Positions 29,933 to 41,632 of a stretch of 64,000 nucleotides of DNA are shown here, piece by piece. The stretch's first letter is position 1. Every line of letters starts with the position of its first letter. Source of the stretch: Nitrosopumilaceae archaeon (GTDB taxonomy: Archaea; Thermoproteota; Nitrososphaeria; Nitrososphaerales; Nitrosopumilaceae); NCBI GenBank assembly GCA_965208905.1, contig OZ242365.1:1760001-1824000 (forward strand). Reading direction: 5' to 3'. Under the pieces are notes generated by a model that saw nothing but the letters and a program-made list of their open reading frames with translations, had not been told where the DNA came from and did no database searches. A program made the position numbers and the translations under genes.

Positions 29933-32278
29933 ATGATTAAAACAACTTTGGCAATCGCAATGATTGCCATAACGATGACCATAGCAGGAACAGCTTATGC
30001 AGATATACCCGAAGAAGTGATGGTGGGATCAGTCCTGCCGTTGACTGGTGGGTACAGTTCTGTAGGGGTTCAGGTTGATGCCGCAACACAGTTGGCGGTT
30101 ACAGACTTTAACGCATATCTAGAAGAGATGGATGCCGGTTGGCAGTTCGTACTTTCTAGTGAAAATTCAGAAAGCACCGTTCCAGCTGCACTTGATAGAG
30201 TTACTACGCTTAAATCCAAGGGTGTTGATATTATATTCGGCCCAGCCGGATCAGGACGCGTAAACGGTGTGATTGGCTACACAGATGAAAACAATATGCT
30301 GGTACTGTCTTGTTGTAGTACAGCACCAACACTAGCCATACCAAACGACTCAGTATACCGTATAGTTGCAGATGACACAAATCAAGGTAAGGCAATAGGC
30401 AAGCTCTTAGAGGCAGCAGGTGTTGAAGTCGCAGTTCCAGTTTGGATTGGCGATACATACGGAGACGGATTGATAGGTGAAATTACTGATGACTTTGAGT
30501 CTCGTGGAGGCACAGTTGATGATGGTGTAAGGTACAATCCAGACGCTGTAGAGTTTTCCGTAACTGTGGGAACACTAGCTGACATTGTCCAAAAGCATGT
30601 AGATGAACATGGTGCAGACAAAGTAGGCATACCAATAGTTGCATTTGATGAGATAGTATCCATACTACAGACTGCAGACAACTACCCAGTACTAAAACAG
30701 GTACACTGGTTTGGTTCTGAGACCATAGCAGATTCCACCCCCTTAAAAGAAGACAGGATAGCCTTTGGATTCGCCGAAGAAGCGAGTTTTACCGCAGTCC
30801 AAGTGGAAGTTGATACTGGTGACAGGGCTCAACACGTAAGAGAAGGACTAGCTGATAGATTCGGCGATTCGCCAAACGTATTTGCATATACCGGATATGA
30901 CGCTGTATGGCTGGTTGGCCTAAGCATCATAGAAGCAGACAGTGCAGAGGTAGACGACATTAAAGCAGTAATACACAAAGTCGCCGAAGAGTATACTACA
31001 GGAGCTCTTAGGTCTACTGCGCTTAATGAAGCAGGAGATCTGGCTACTGGAAACTACGGACTACGAACAGTTGAGAACGGTGAGTGGGTAAAAGGTGACA
31101 TATACTACTCTGATACCGACACAATACCACCTCCAATACCTGAAGGTACTGTTGTATTTGCAAGCTCGCTACTGCCACTGACTGGCGGATACAGTTCCGT
31201 CGGAGTGCAGGTCAACGCGGCCACAGTATTGGCAGTAGAGCACCTCAACAGCTACCTAGATGCTAATAATGCAGGCTGGAATATGGTACTATTCCAAGAG
31301 AATACCGCCAGTAACCCAGTCATAGCACTCGAGAAGGCTCAGACACTCCATTCACGTGGAGCTGACATTCTCTTCGGCCCTGCGGGTAGCGCACGCGTCA
31401 AAAGCGTCATGAACTACGTAAACGACAACAATATGATATTATTATCGTGTTGTTCCACATCTACTGAGCTGGCAGTGGCAGACGATCGTGTCTTCCGAGT
31501 TGTGGCTGATGATGCCAATCAAGGAAAGGCATTCGGCATACTACTCGCTCACGAAGGTATAGAAGTTGCTGTTCCCCTGTGGATTGGAGACTCGTACGGT
31601 GATAGTTTGAGGAATGCTGCAATGAGTGAATTTGAAGAGCGCGGCGGCACGTATGATGAAGGTATACGGTACAATCCCGATGTAAGAGAGTTCTCCGTAT
31701 CCATAGATGCTCTGGCCAGTACAGTCCAAGGATATGTAGATAGTCACGGCGCAGACAAGGTAGCAATAGTGGTGGTTGCATTTGATGAGATTGTATCCAT
31801 ACTACAGACAGCAGACAGATATCCCGTACTAAAGGAGGTCAAATGGTATGGTTCTGAGACATTAGCACAGAACCCATTCATAGCAAGAGACAGAATAGCC
31901 AGCGACTTTGCCATTGAGGTCGAGTTCAGCGCAATTCAAGTACCTTTGGGTGATGGTCCCAGAGCCCAAGGTGTTACAGATGCTCTGTCAGTACCGTTTG
32001 GCGGTGTGCCTAATGCATTCGCATACAACGCATATGATGCAGTATGGTTAGCCGGACTAGCAATAGAGAGGACAGGTAGTACTGATCCAGCAGACATTGC
32101 AGCAATATTGCCACGTCTAGCAGAATCCTATGCTAGTGGTGCCCTTAGCTCTACAGAACTGAACGAAGCAGGCGATCTTGCCTTGGCCATATATGGTACA
32201 TGGCGTCTTAATGCCGACGATTGGTTCGTGGAAGACGTAATACACATAAACGACGAGAGCGTAGTTCCGTTTCAATAA
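29933..32278 (+). CDS. ABC transporter substrate-binding protein (LivJ-like), two tandem domains
   Basis: Signal peptide; LPLTGGYSSVGVQV, SCCST, YDAVW and LNEAGDL each occur twice. Confidence 0.88.
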   Translation: MIKTTLAIAMIAITMTIAGTAYADIPEEVMVGSVLPLTGGYSSVGVQVDAATQLAVTDFNAYLEEMDAGWQFVLSSENSESTVPAALDRVTTLKSKGVDIIFGPAGSGRVNGVIGYTDENNMLVLSCCSTAPTLAIPNDSVYRIVADDTNQGKAIGKLLEAAGVEVAVPVWIGDTYGDGLIGEITDDFESRGGTVDDGVRYNPDAVEFSVTVGTLADIVQKHVDEHGADKVGIPIVAFDEIVSILQTADNYPVLKQVHWFGSETIADSTPLKEDRIAFGFAEEASFTAVQVEVDTGDRAQHVREGLADRFGDSPNVFAYTGYDAVWLVGLSIIEADSAEVDDIKAVIHKVAEEYTTGALRSTALNEAGDLATGNYGLRTVENGEWVKGDIYYSDTDTIPPPIPEGTVVFASSLLPLTGGYSSVGVQVNAATVLAVEHLNSYLDANNAGWNMVLFQENTASNPVIALEKAQTLHSRGADILFGPAGSARVKSVMNYVNDNNMILLSCCSTSTELAVADDRVFRVVADDANQGKAFGILLAHEGIEVAVPLWIGDSYGDSLRNAAMSEFEERGGTYDEGIRYNPDVREFSVSIDALASTVQGYVDSHGADKVAIVVVAFDEIVSILQTADRYPVLKEVKWYGSETLAQNPFIARDRIASDFAIEVEFSAIQVPLGDGPRAQGVTDALSVPFGGVPNAFAYNAYDAVWLAGLAIERTGSTDPADIAAILPRLAESYASGALSSTELNEAGDLALAIYGTWRLNADDWFVEDVIHINDESVVPFQ

Positions 32279-32417
32279 ACCATAAATCTAATTTTTATTT
32301 GTTTTTTATTCATAAATACTATTTCATATTCGCTATCTTTAGAGCATGATGTATATCCGTGGAATACAGCCGTCCTGTCAAAAATACATTTATACCTGAA
32401 CCATATAAACGCAACAT

Positions 32418-33410
32418 ATGAAAACACAGGCTGGACTATTGGCAATTATGATTTTAACGGGCGCTAGTAGTTTGGCATTTGCTGATAATCACAACATTCC
32501 CCCAATCACATTCTCTGTTAATGCCGAAACATATGAAGAAGGCGACACTATTACAATATCTGGTACAATAAAGGATGTCGACTCAGAACTGCTAGGTGCA
32601 GTTGTTGCACAAATTATTAGTCCCACAGGAAATCGGGTTGGATTTAGTCAGACTGTAGTGGATGTAAACAGTGGTGACTTTAGACTGGATATAACTGCTG
32701 GAGGCCCACTCTGGTCAAATAGTGGAGATTATACCATATTACTGACATATAACGCAAATGATGTTGAAACTACAATATCATACGTACGTGTTGAACCTGA
32801 ACCAGAACCCGTACTTCCAAACTGTGGTGAAGGCACCATGCTAGTTGGAGATACGTGTGAAATAATACCACCTGAACCAGAACCCGAACCTGTGGTAGTG
32901 CCGCCACCTCCCCCTCCTCCAGAGCCCGAACCTGAACCCGAACCTATAGTTTGTGGAGAGGGGACGCAACTGGTTGATGGTAAATGTGAAGTAATACCTA
33001 CAACTCCCAGTGGCGGGTCATGTCTGATTGCCACAGCAGCATTTGGTACTGAATTGGCTCCCCAAGTCCAATACTTACGGGAGATTCGTGACAACACATT
33101 ACTGAGTACTTCATCAGGAGACTCATTTATGACTGGCTTTAACCAACTGTACTATACAATATCTCCCCCGATAGCCGACTTGGAAAGAGAGTATCCCGCA
33201 TTTCGTGAACTTGTAAGTCTGGCAATCACGCCCATGCTAGCATCATTATCCATCATGAGTTTAGCTGAAGAAGGCTCTGAAGTATCAGTGCTTGCCTTTG
33301 GAATCGGGGTAATAGCGCTCAATGTAATCATGTATGTACTGGCACCGACCTTGTTTGGCGTTAAAGCATATAGGCTAATACGCACTCCCAAAACCACTAA
33401 AACCATTTGA
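32418..33410 (+). CDS. Surface protein with Pro/Glu linker and CFI-box-CTERM domain
   Basis: Signal peptide, PEPEP and CGEGT repeats, GGSCLIATAAFGTELAPQVQYLREIRD, C-terminal TM. Confidence 0.88.
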   Translation: MKTQAGLLAIMILTGASSLAFADNHNIPPITFSVNAETYEEGDTITISGTIKDVDSELLGAVVAQIISPTGNRVGFSQTVVDVNSGDFRLDITAGGPLWSNSGDYTILLTYNANDVETTISYVRVEPEPEPVLPNCGEGTMLVGDTCEIIPPEPEPEPVVVPPPPPPPEPEPEPEPIVCGEGTQLVDGKCEVIPTTPSGGSCLIATAAFGTELAPQVQYLREIRDNTLLSTSSGDSFMTGFNQLYYTISPPIADLEREYPAFRELVSLAITPMLASLSIMSLAEEGSEVSVLAFGIGVIALNVIMYVLAPTLFGVKAYRLIRTPKTTKTI

Positions 33411-33851
33411 AATACAATAAAGGATACGTGAGTGGGAATTTGCCCAACATGAATGAATCTAGTCCTGCCTTTGCGCAAGGTACGCATTTAGTCAACGTAT
33501 ACATGACTTACAGAATGTTATGATACATCAGCAGCATGCCACACAACATAACCATTAAGCATTACGTCCCTAAACTCATCAAAGCGTAGATATTTTACAT
33601 TGGAATCTGTCTGATGGATTCTAGATAGAACATTGGCCAAATCCTGTGAAGCTGTGCCTTGCGCAAGCATCGACAATCCTAAAGCAAATACGGCTACCAA
33701 AAAACATCTCATCCATATTCCAATGGACCGTCAATCTATCTCACTCGTGAAGTAATTTCAAATCATTATGTGAATTTTCATATGCGTATAATCCAAACAG
33801 AAACAATATACAAATGCCCAGTGATATTCTAACAAGCAAGATTGCGAATGT

Positions 33852-34643
33852 TTAGATATCTTTTGTTTTATGCTTTGTTGTCCTTTTGTAATGATGCTTG
33901 GCAATTTTAGCGGCTGCCGCACCGGCAGCTACGCCCCCGTCTATATTTACTACTGTCAATCCCAATGCGCAACTCTGTAGCATTGATGACAAGGCAGCTG
34001 TACCACCAGCTCCATACCCATACCCTACAGATACAGGCACTCCTATGACTGGTATGTCCACAAGTGAAGCGACCAGTGTGGATAGAGTACCCTCCATACC
34101 AGCAGCCACCACTATACAATCAACTTCATCTTTTATCATCTCTTTTAGTACGGGGAATATCCTGTGGAGGCCAGCCACACCCACATCATACTCGCATACG
34201 GTATCACATAACATTGCTTTGCATATTAGACGGGCCTCTTCAGCTATGGGTATATCCGATGTCCCGGCGGTCAAAATCCCAACTAGGCCCCCGGTAGGGG
34301 TTAGAGGCTTGCGCCACAACAGTATACTACTACAGTTCTGACCTACATCTATACTGTATCCAAGAGACTCTGCATATGAGACAATATCATCTAAAACATC
34401 AGATTTTATTCGAGAGATCATCAGTGAATCTCTTGTATGCCGTTCTATGATCAATTTAATGTCGGAGAGTTGTTTTGACTCTGCAAGTATTACTTCGGGA
34501 ACTCCACGGCGATGCGCCCTACCGATATCTAGACGAACCGAATTCTCCAACTTTTCTATTGAATGTAATGATAACATCTTTCGGGCTTGCGCAGAGTCTA
34601 TCTTGTGTAGTTCCAAAGATCTTAAAATCTCATCTAGTTCCAA
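33852..34643 (-). CDS. larB: Nickel pincer cofactor biosynthesis protein LarB
   Basis: RRGVPEV, TAGTSD, DVGVAG, AGMEG, PVSVGYG, VVNID. Confidence 0.9.
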   Translation of the reverse strand: MELDEILRSLELHKIDSAQARKMLSLHSIEKLENSVRLDIGRAHRRGVPEVILAESKQLSDIKLIIERHTRDSLMISRIKSDVLDDIVSYAESLGYSIDVGQNCSSILLWRKPLTPTGGLVGILTAGTSDIPIAEEARLICKAMLCDTVCEYDVGVAGLHRIFPVLKEMIKDEVDCIVVAAGMEGTLSTLVASLVDIPVIGVPVSVGYGYGAGGTAALSSMLQSCALGLTVVNIDGGVAAGAAAAKIAKHHYKRTTKHKTKDI

Positions 34644-34656
34644 GGAGTTATCAATC

Positions 34657-35571
34657 CTAAAGCGACAAGCCAGAGATGGCAGACTTTACATTGGTCACAC
34701 CGGCATCAAAGATGAACCGTTCATCCTCATTCAACTCTAATTCTACAATACTTTCGATACCGTTACGACCAATCACTGCAGGAACACCGATGGCCACATC
34801 AGTGTGGCCGTACTCTCCATCAAGACGTGTAGACACAGGTAGCACATTACGACGATCACTCATTATGGACTCTACTATTACGGATATGGCATTTCCAGGA
34901 GCATGTACTGTGGCACCTTTCAGAGCAATTACCCGTGCAGCTACACCACGTGTATCTGTCACCAGATCATTTGCCTCTTCTGATTTTATCAGGCTCATCA
35001 AAGGTATGCCTGAGACAGAAGCAAATCGTACGAGTGGAAGCATCTTCTCTCCATGTTCACCAATCACCAATGCGTGTATGGCGTGTCTGGAATAATTTGT
35101 CGTTTCATGTATGAATTGCTGAAATCTGGACACATCCAACATATTTCCCATACCCAACACCCTACTCCGCTCAAAACCAGTGACGTGTTGTATCACATAC
35201 GTCATTGGGTCTAGCGGATTTGTTACAGGTACTACTATGCAGTCAGGTGCAAATTTTTTGATATTTGTGGCTACATCGGTGACAATGCTTGCGTTCTTTT
35301 TTAGCAGATCCATTCTTGTCATGCCTGGTTTTCTTCCCGAACCAGCAACCACTACTATGATATCTGAGCCAGCCATGTCCTCGTAGCTGTTGGAACCACG
35401 CACCTTAACATCAATACCTTGTTCTGAGAGTGCATGGTTCAGGTCCATTGCCTCACCCTGAGGCAAACCTTCAACTACATCAAGTAGCAGTATGTCTCTA
35501 TCCACCCTCTTTAGTGCCGAGAAAAGAGCGGCACTGCCTCCAACCTTGCCGGATCCAACTATGGTAAGCAT
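34657..35571 (-). CDS. mdh: Malate dehydrogenase (LDH-like)
   Basis: [28 protein letters not shown]. Confidence 0.93.
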   Translation of the reverse strand: MLTIVGSGKVGGSAALFSALKRVDRDILLLDVVEGLPQGEAMDLNHALSEQGIDVKVRGSNSYEDMAGSDIIVVVAGSGRKPGMTRMDLLKKNASIVTDVATNIKKFAPDCIVVPVTNPLDPMTYVIQHVTGFERSRVLGMGNMLDVSRFQQFIHETTNYSRHAIHALVIGEHGEKMLPLVRFASVSGIPLMSLIKSEEANDLVTDTRGVAARVIALKGATVHAPGNAISVIVESIMSDRRNVLPVSTRLDGEYGHTDVAIGVPAVIGRNGIESIVELELNEDERFIFDAGVTNVKSAISGLSL

Positions 35572-35878
35572 GTCTGAATGTAACTGATTGGATGTAAATA
35601 AATCTAAGTGTACATGGCTGTACTGACTCAACTGTATACTTGAAGTGATATTGTTTTATTATGGGATATCTGAAGTTTGAATGCCTAAATGACCAACCAC
35701 TATATTTTTGATGTATAATATTGGGAACTATATGCGAAGTTAGCGCATAATGCGGCATGGCATTAGTAGTCTTTAAACGAGCCGATTCCCATATAATACA
35801 ATATGTCCCTCAAGTGACTCCCACATCAACATGACTCGTATGCAAGCGGGCTATGTGGGTAGGATACGCAACACTTAG

Positions 35879-37486
35879 GGTTCCTCCCGCAAAGTCGGGT
35901 GATTACACCCCCGCCATGCGGGATAGTCTGTCAGCCCAGTTGCTCCAGCAACCCTGTATGAGTGGTGTGGGACACAGTATTACATCCACACCACGACGGA
36001 CTTCGCCCAGACTGGCCGAAACCTGACGACCATATCGTGATACGGCGCTTGTTCGCCGTATGTTCTCCACTGTATTGACATCGCGATCTACGCCAACTAT
36101 ATGGCAGCGGGTGCAGTCTTTTCTATGATAAGTTCCAGTTAGTATGGTTCTGCATGCAGCACACAACTTGGATGTGTTGTGTGGACGCATATGTAATGCC
36201 TCCACTCCCAAAAACCGGGACTTTTCATAAATTAAATCCGATGCCTTTCGCATCATGGCAGAATGTAATCTGCGACGCATGCTGCGTCCAAACTTTCCAC
36301 CCTTCTGCCAATTGTACGATATGTGGGTTAAATCCTCCAACATAACCAAACACCCGGATTGTGCGGCCCACTGTGCAATGCATAGTGCTATCACGTTCAG
36401 CACATGTTCGTGGTGGCGCATGGCTTTGGCTACCCTGCGCTTTTTAGCACTCTTTTTTGACTTTGTGTGGTTATGTGGTATGCTCAATACGCATCTGCTT
36501 CTTTATCTCGGCGACCCTCTTGTGTTTGCCCTCCCTCTTGAGTTTCCTGTATCTGCGTTTGAGTTTGCTGTGTAACTTGTGACCACCATGTGCGACTTGT
36601 TGCTTTTCTCTGCGTTCCTCCTCTTTCTTGTGTGTAATGCGCCTTCCGGTACGTGCCGCATATGTGATATTATCATGTGTACGTGTATACGTATTGTTTG
36701 CATCCTCAGTCTTTGCCTCCTCAATGGCCTGTATCGTATCGGATAGATCAAACTGTACCACCGTATTTTTATCACCTACGGTGATGTTCTTTTCATTAAT
36801 ATCCACGCCAATTACATCCCTTGGTGTGCCGCCCACACAACCCACATCCGTAAGCAACTCGATAATCTCTGACTTGCCGTGTGGGTGGGGTCTTTCAACC
36901 TCGGGCACTTTATTATGATATGTTATGGTGTATGTGGTTGGCGTAATCCATAACTTGCCCAACTCATTTTGTCTTATTTTACGTACCACATCTGAAGAGA
37001 TAGGAATTGCTATCATATGTGGGTGTTTTGATGAGCCAACATTTGCAATAGCCATATATCCACCCGCTATCGGATTCAGCCTCCAATTTTGGTTTTTTAA
37101 CTTTACAACCGGATTACAGAATACAGGTTCAGATACCTTCATGCCCTGTGCAGTCTTCGTATTGTACGTTTTATGGGCGGCAACCCCGTCCCGTATGGCG
37201 GTCTGCGTTATGGACGAATATACTTTGGGGTCAGGACCGCGCATTATACGATATATCAATGCGTTAACACCATAGGTATTCCTCCCTGTATTATTCGCTA
37301 TAATGTACGCCACTTCTGCTACCTTCCTGACATGTTCAAACACATGCCGCATACCCAAATTTTTTGTGTATGGACGTGTTACTGCCCTGCCATTTTTTAC
37401 AAGAGCCATCATACAGTACGGTTTAATGACGTATTTAACGCTATCCAATGACACATCAACCATCACCTGACTTTGTGGGAGGAATC
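35879..37486 (-). mobile_element. Non-autonomous TIR element carrying only a TnpB-like gene
   Basis: 25-bp TIR GGTTCCTCCCGCAAAGTCGGGTGAT (35879-35903 / 37462-37486, 3 mismatches); 8-bp TSD ACACTTAG (35871-35878 / 37487-37494). Confidence 0.88.
35903..37466 (-). pseudogene. tnpB: Long TnpB/Cas12f-like nuclease with one frameshift near 36480
   Basis: VIGVDIN (5' frame); VMLEDL, TSKLCAAC..CTRC, DRDVN..NI (3' frame). Confidence 0.82.
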
Positions 37487-37626
37487 ACACTTAGTAATTT
37501 GTATATAACTGGGCGGCAGAGAGCGCCACAATAGTACCCTATACTATTTGAGATCATTCTGACATAAAATAATGACTGTAGTAGAACCAACAGAGTTTAT
37601 ATGAATTTGATGTATCATAACACTCC

Positions 37627-38844
37627 ATGGTACTGGTAATAGACCCCCGGCAGGCAGGTATATCTGGAGACATGATGTTGTCTGCTCTTGTGGATATGCG
37701 GGGAGACGGTGATGCGCTATGCAAAAATATACAGAAATGCGCAAAGTACCTAGAAGGCTCAACAATAAACAGTATCCATTTTCAAAAGACAGCCCGCAAC
37801 GGTATGGCGTGTACGCAGCTAAAACTGAACATAACTGACCCTCATTTTAGACCTGCGTCCGAGATAATATCTGCTATTGAAAAGTCCGTAGAGTATCTGA
37901 AACTCTCAAAACCAGCAAAAATGTTTGCAGAGCGTACTGTGCATGCTCTGGTATCTGCAGAATCTCAAATACATGATACTACATTAGACTCGACAGAACT
38001 ACACGAGCTCTCCTCTGTTGACACACTGGTGGACATTGTTGGAGTGGCCCTGGCGCTTGATGGAATAAATGCATTTCAGAACAATGTGATTATTATGCCG
38101 GTAAATGTGGGTGGCGGTACTGTAAAATTTGCGCATGGAACAATGTATAATCCAGCTCCCTCCATACTAAATATATTATCTAATGCACAGATTCCGATAT
38201 TTGGCGGACCAGAAGGCACAGAGACAACAACTCCTACTGGTGCTGCTATTGTGGCAGGACTTGCGGGAACTACGATGCCGTTTTATCCCCATATTGTACC
38301 AAAGTATATCGGATATGGTGCTGGCTCCAAAGATGTCACTAACTTTGCCAACGTACTTTTATTGGTACAGGGTGATGACTACACCGAAACATCATATGAT
38401 ACAATATCTGTTATAGAGACCAATGTGGATGATATATCCGGTGAAGTTATAGGTGATCTAATATCCACACTCCTGAATCATGGAGCCTTGGATGCCACCA
38501 TTCATACCCGTATAGGCAAGAAAGGCAGACCGGTTCATGTAATTTCAGTTATGTGCGCCCATATCTTAGTAAGCAATATTACAGATGTACTTGTACGTTA
38601 CACAGGTACATTGGGAGTGCGCCTTACTACTACTCATAGATATACAGTACCAAGACAAGATGCGACCATTACAGTTACAATCGATCAAGCAGAATATACA
38701 TTTCGTTACAAATCCCACAAACACAGACAGACATCAGACTTTAAGATAGAGTTTGATGATATTGCAGATGCTGCAAAGAAGACAGGCATGAACGCCCGTA
38801 CAGTAGAGCGGTTAGTCAGGAGGCATATTGAAGAGAATAGATGA
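37627..38844 (+). CDS. larC: Nickel insertase LarC
   Basis: AGISGDM, HELSSVD, FAHG..PAP, TTPTGAA, GYGAG, ETNVDD, KKGRP. Confidence 0.92.
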   Translation: MVLVIDPRQAGISGDMMLSALVDMRGDGDALCKNIQKCAKYLEGSTINSIHFQKTARNGMACTQLKLNITDPHFRPASEIISAIEKSVEYLKLSKPAKMFAERTVHALVSAESQIHDTTLDSTELHELSSVDTLVDIVGVALALDGINAFQNNVIIMPVNVGGGTVKFAHGTMYNPAPSILNILSNAQIPIFGGPEGTETTTPTGAAIVAGLAGTTMPFYPHIVPKYIGYGAGSKDVTNFANVLLLVQGDDYTETSYDTISVIETNVDDISGEVIGDLISTLLNHGALDATIHTRIGKKGRPVHVISVMCAHILVSNITDVLVRYTGTLGVRLTTTHRYTVPRQDATITVTIDQAEYTFRYKSHKHRQTSDFKIEFDDIADAAKKTGMNARTVERLVRRHIEENR

Positions 38845-39610
38845 TATAGTGGAGTGGTTTTCAGAGACTCCATCAGTTATTGTGGCACTGTCTGGAGGGG
38901 TGGATAGTGCTTTGGTGGCATACGCCGCCCACAACTCGTCACACACCAAAGCCATGGCTGTGACCGCCGACTATATGACTCTGGCAGAGGATGAACTCAA
39001 ATCCGCCAAGAATGTGGCGTTGCAGATAGGAATAAAACATCACATAATTCAATACAGCGAACTGAATGATGAAGAGTTCACAAAGAACGATAAAAATCGA
39101 TGCTATCATTGCAGGACGCAGATGGGCCAGCGACTACGGGCACTAGCAGATGAAACAAAATACCATGCTATAGTGGATGGGACCAATGCTGATGATGTAT
39201 TTGATTATAGGCCCGGAATGCGCGCCATAGCTGAGCACGGCATACAGAGTCCCTTGCTGGAGCTTGGCATCAAAAAGTCACATATCCGAACATTGGCTCT
39301 TCAAGCAGGACTTGACGTGCACGACAGACCATCAAATTCATGCCTAGCTTCTAGGATACCTTGGGGCAGGCGTATTACGGCACAGATGCTGGCGCGCATA
39401 GAGATGGCAGAAAAGTATGTGAAAGATATAGTTCCTGTCGGCCCTGTCCGTGTACGAGACATTAATGGTACTGCGCGCATTGAGGTATCAAAAGATTGCA
39501 TACAACAGATTCACAGCCATGTGGATAGACTAGATGAGAGCTTACGTCTATTGGGATTTGACAGTGTAGTTATACGTGAATATGTCAGTGGAGGTGCTAA
39601 TACACAGTGA
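38828..39610 (+). CDS. larE: ATP-dependent sulfur transferase LarE
   Basis: SGGVDS PP-loop, RCYHCR, DGTNADD, RPG, CLASRIP. Confidence 0.92.
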   Translation: MKRIDDIVEWFSETPSVIVALSGGVDSALVAYAAHNSSHTKAMAVTADYMTLAEDELKSAKNVALQIGIKHHIIQYSELNDEEFTKNDKNRCYHCRTQMGQRLRALADETKYHAIVDGTNADDVFDYRPGMRAIAEHGIQSPLLELGIKKSHIRTLALQAGLDVHDRPSNSCLASRIPWGRRITAQMLARIEMAEKYVKDIVPVGPVRVRDINGTARIEVSKDCIQQIHSHVDRLDESLRLLGFDSVVIREYVSGGANTQ

Positions 39611-40761
39611 TATACATGGACAATGCTGCATCCACACCCATAAACAAAGATGTTGTGACTGTCATGCTACGCTACATGGAGCAGACGTACGGAAATCCCT
39701 CATCCATACACAGGGAAGGCAGAATGGCCAGGCGTGGCGTAGAGGATGCTCGAAGACATGTGGCTGATCTAATAAATGCAGACTCCTCGGAGATATTCTT
39801 TACGTCTGGAGGTACTGAATCAAATAACGCGATACTGCGCAACCCAAATTATAACAATATAATAACAACACAGATAGAGCACGACTCTGTACTAGAACCG
39901 TGTCGGTCTCGCGTAGCGCAAGAGAGTGACCGCGTAAACATAACGTATCTGCCGCCAGATGAGTTTGGTATGATATCGCCCGAATCACTAGAATCTGCTA
40001 TAACCAGGCATACGGATTTGGTCAGTATTATGACTGCCAACAACGAGGTGGGTACGATTCAGCCGATTGAAGAGATATCTGCAGTATGCAAAAAGTACAA
40101 TGTGCGCCTTCATACTGATATGGTACAAGCTGTAGGCAAAATACCCATAGATGTCAAGAGGATGGGTGTTGATGTCGCATCCATATCATCACACAAACTT
40201 GGGGGCCCAAAAGGAATAGGTGCTCTATACATACGCAATGGTGTAGAATTAAGTCCACTAATTTATGGTGGAGGGCAGGAGAAGGGATTCCGATCCGGTA
40301 CAGAGAACGTACCAGCAATAGTGGGATTTGGTCAGGCATGCCTTATATCTAAACAACAACTACAAAGCAATGCACAACACGTAAAATCCCTACGAGATGC
40401 AATGGTGGACGGCATAGTATCAAAAATATCACATGTGGCGTACAATGGTCATCCCCTGCATAGACTACCGGGAAATGCCCATTTGGCATTTTTGGGTGTC
40501 AACGGTGAAGATATGATAATCAAACTTGATGAATATGGTATAGCTGCATCCACAGGTTCAGCTTGCTCCGTTCACACACAAAAAGAGTCACACGTTCTTC
40601 GTGCTATGAATCTGCCCAATGATGTCATATCTGGCTCCCTGAGACTAACTTTGGGTCCTAACAACACAATGACCGATATAGATTCTGTGGTATCTACAAT
40701 AAAGAATGTCGTAGCAGAGTTGCGTCGGGTCTCACCACTTAAAGAAAAGTACGCATTCTAA
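39607..40761 (+). CDS. iscS: Cysteine desulfurase
   Basis: YMDNAAST, FTSGGTES, SSHKLGGPKG, RSGTEN, STGSAC. Confidence 0.93.
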   Translation: MIYMDNAASTPINKDVVTVMLRYMEQTYGNPSSIHREGRMARRGVEDARRHVADLINADSSEIFFTSGGTESNNAILRNPNYNNIITTQIEHDSVLEPCRSRVAQESDRVNITYLPPDEFGMISPESLESAITRHTDLVSIMTANNEVGTIQPIEEISAVCKKYNVRLHTDMVQAVGKIPIDVKRMGVDVASISSHKLGGPKGIGALYIRNGVELSPLIYGGGQEKGFRSGTENVPAIVGFGQACLISKQQLQSNAQHVKSLRDAMVDGIVSKISHVAYNGHPLHRLPGNAHLAFLGVNGEDMIIKLDEYGIAASTGSACSVHTQKESHVLRAMNLPNDVISGSLRLTLGPNNTMTDIDSVVSTIKNVVAELRRVSPLKEKYAF

Positions 40762-41533
40762 AGCGGGAGAGTATGGATGCGGTTACAATTCCGCCAATCA
40801 ATATGATAAAGACGGAGCTAAACTCGGGGACCACCTGAGTACCAACTATCATTATATCTGTGGTGTCAGCATCAAAATTTATGACAACACGACGTATATC
40901 CTGCCCCATGTCATCAACATGATCTCTCTGCACTCCGTTTACCAGTGTGATGTATTGCGCATCCCCTCCATCGTTATGTATGGAGTCTATATACTCCCGG
41001 GGCAAATCCAACAGTATGCGGCCACTCTGTTCTGCGTCTATGGATATCTGTATGGCCAAATTCTCGTAATCTACCTGCATACTATTTACATCTCCTCCAC
41101 GTATGGAATATGATACATCAAATGTCCCCCCACGTCCATCTGCCACCTCGAACATTCCCAGTGTATCTTCTATACTCTTGGTAGCATACTCAAAGTATTG
41201 ACTGGTGTTATCGTGACCATACCAAACACGAACGGTATACTGGCCATCGTGAACCCACTGTGAACCTTGCGTGTTCACTAAATAAGTAAATGTGCCATCC
41301 TGCGCAACATCAAACTGGTCTACCAATAGTACTGTGCTGCGATATAGTACCTGTAGGCGCATCTGCTCGTCAGGTAATGTGGTTGGCACCTTGCCGTATA
41401 CAACCATTGTGTCGCCGTCTTCGTATGATGTACTATCTAAGTTCAACTGAATACTGTTCTCTTGAGCTGCCACGCTACCAACACATGATGCCGCTATAAC
41501 GACAACTAAAATCATGAAGAGTGTGTTTGACAT
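40739..41533 (-). CDS. PEFG-CTERM-type surface protein
   Basis: Signal peptide; IVGTQVVPEF followed by a TM helix and a basic tail. Confidence 0.85.
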   Translation of the reverse strand: MSNTLFMILVVVIAASCVGSVAAQENSIQLNLDSTSYEDGDTMVVYGKVPTTLPDEQMRLQVLYRSTVLLVDQFDVAQDGTFTYLVNTQGSQWVHDGQYTVRVWYGHDNTSQYFEYATKSIEDTLGMFEVADGRGGTFDVSYSIRGGDVNSMQVDYENLAIQISIDAEQSGRILLDLPREYIDSIHNDGGDAQYITLVNGVQRDHVDDMGQDIRRVVINFDADTTDIMIVGTQVVPEFSSVFIILIGGIVTASILSRFRMRTFL

Positions 41534-41632
41534 TGCTATCAGAGATAAGGTCTGTTTATCATATTATAGTATTGCTAAGGGGTTTGGGAATTATCCAAAT
41601 AACTAAAATTCTACCGGCTGTCGGATATGACA

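Noticed and set aside
32790-32950. CCTGAACCAGAA-type tandem repeats
   Set aside because: They encode an ordinary Pro/Glu linker.
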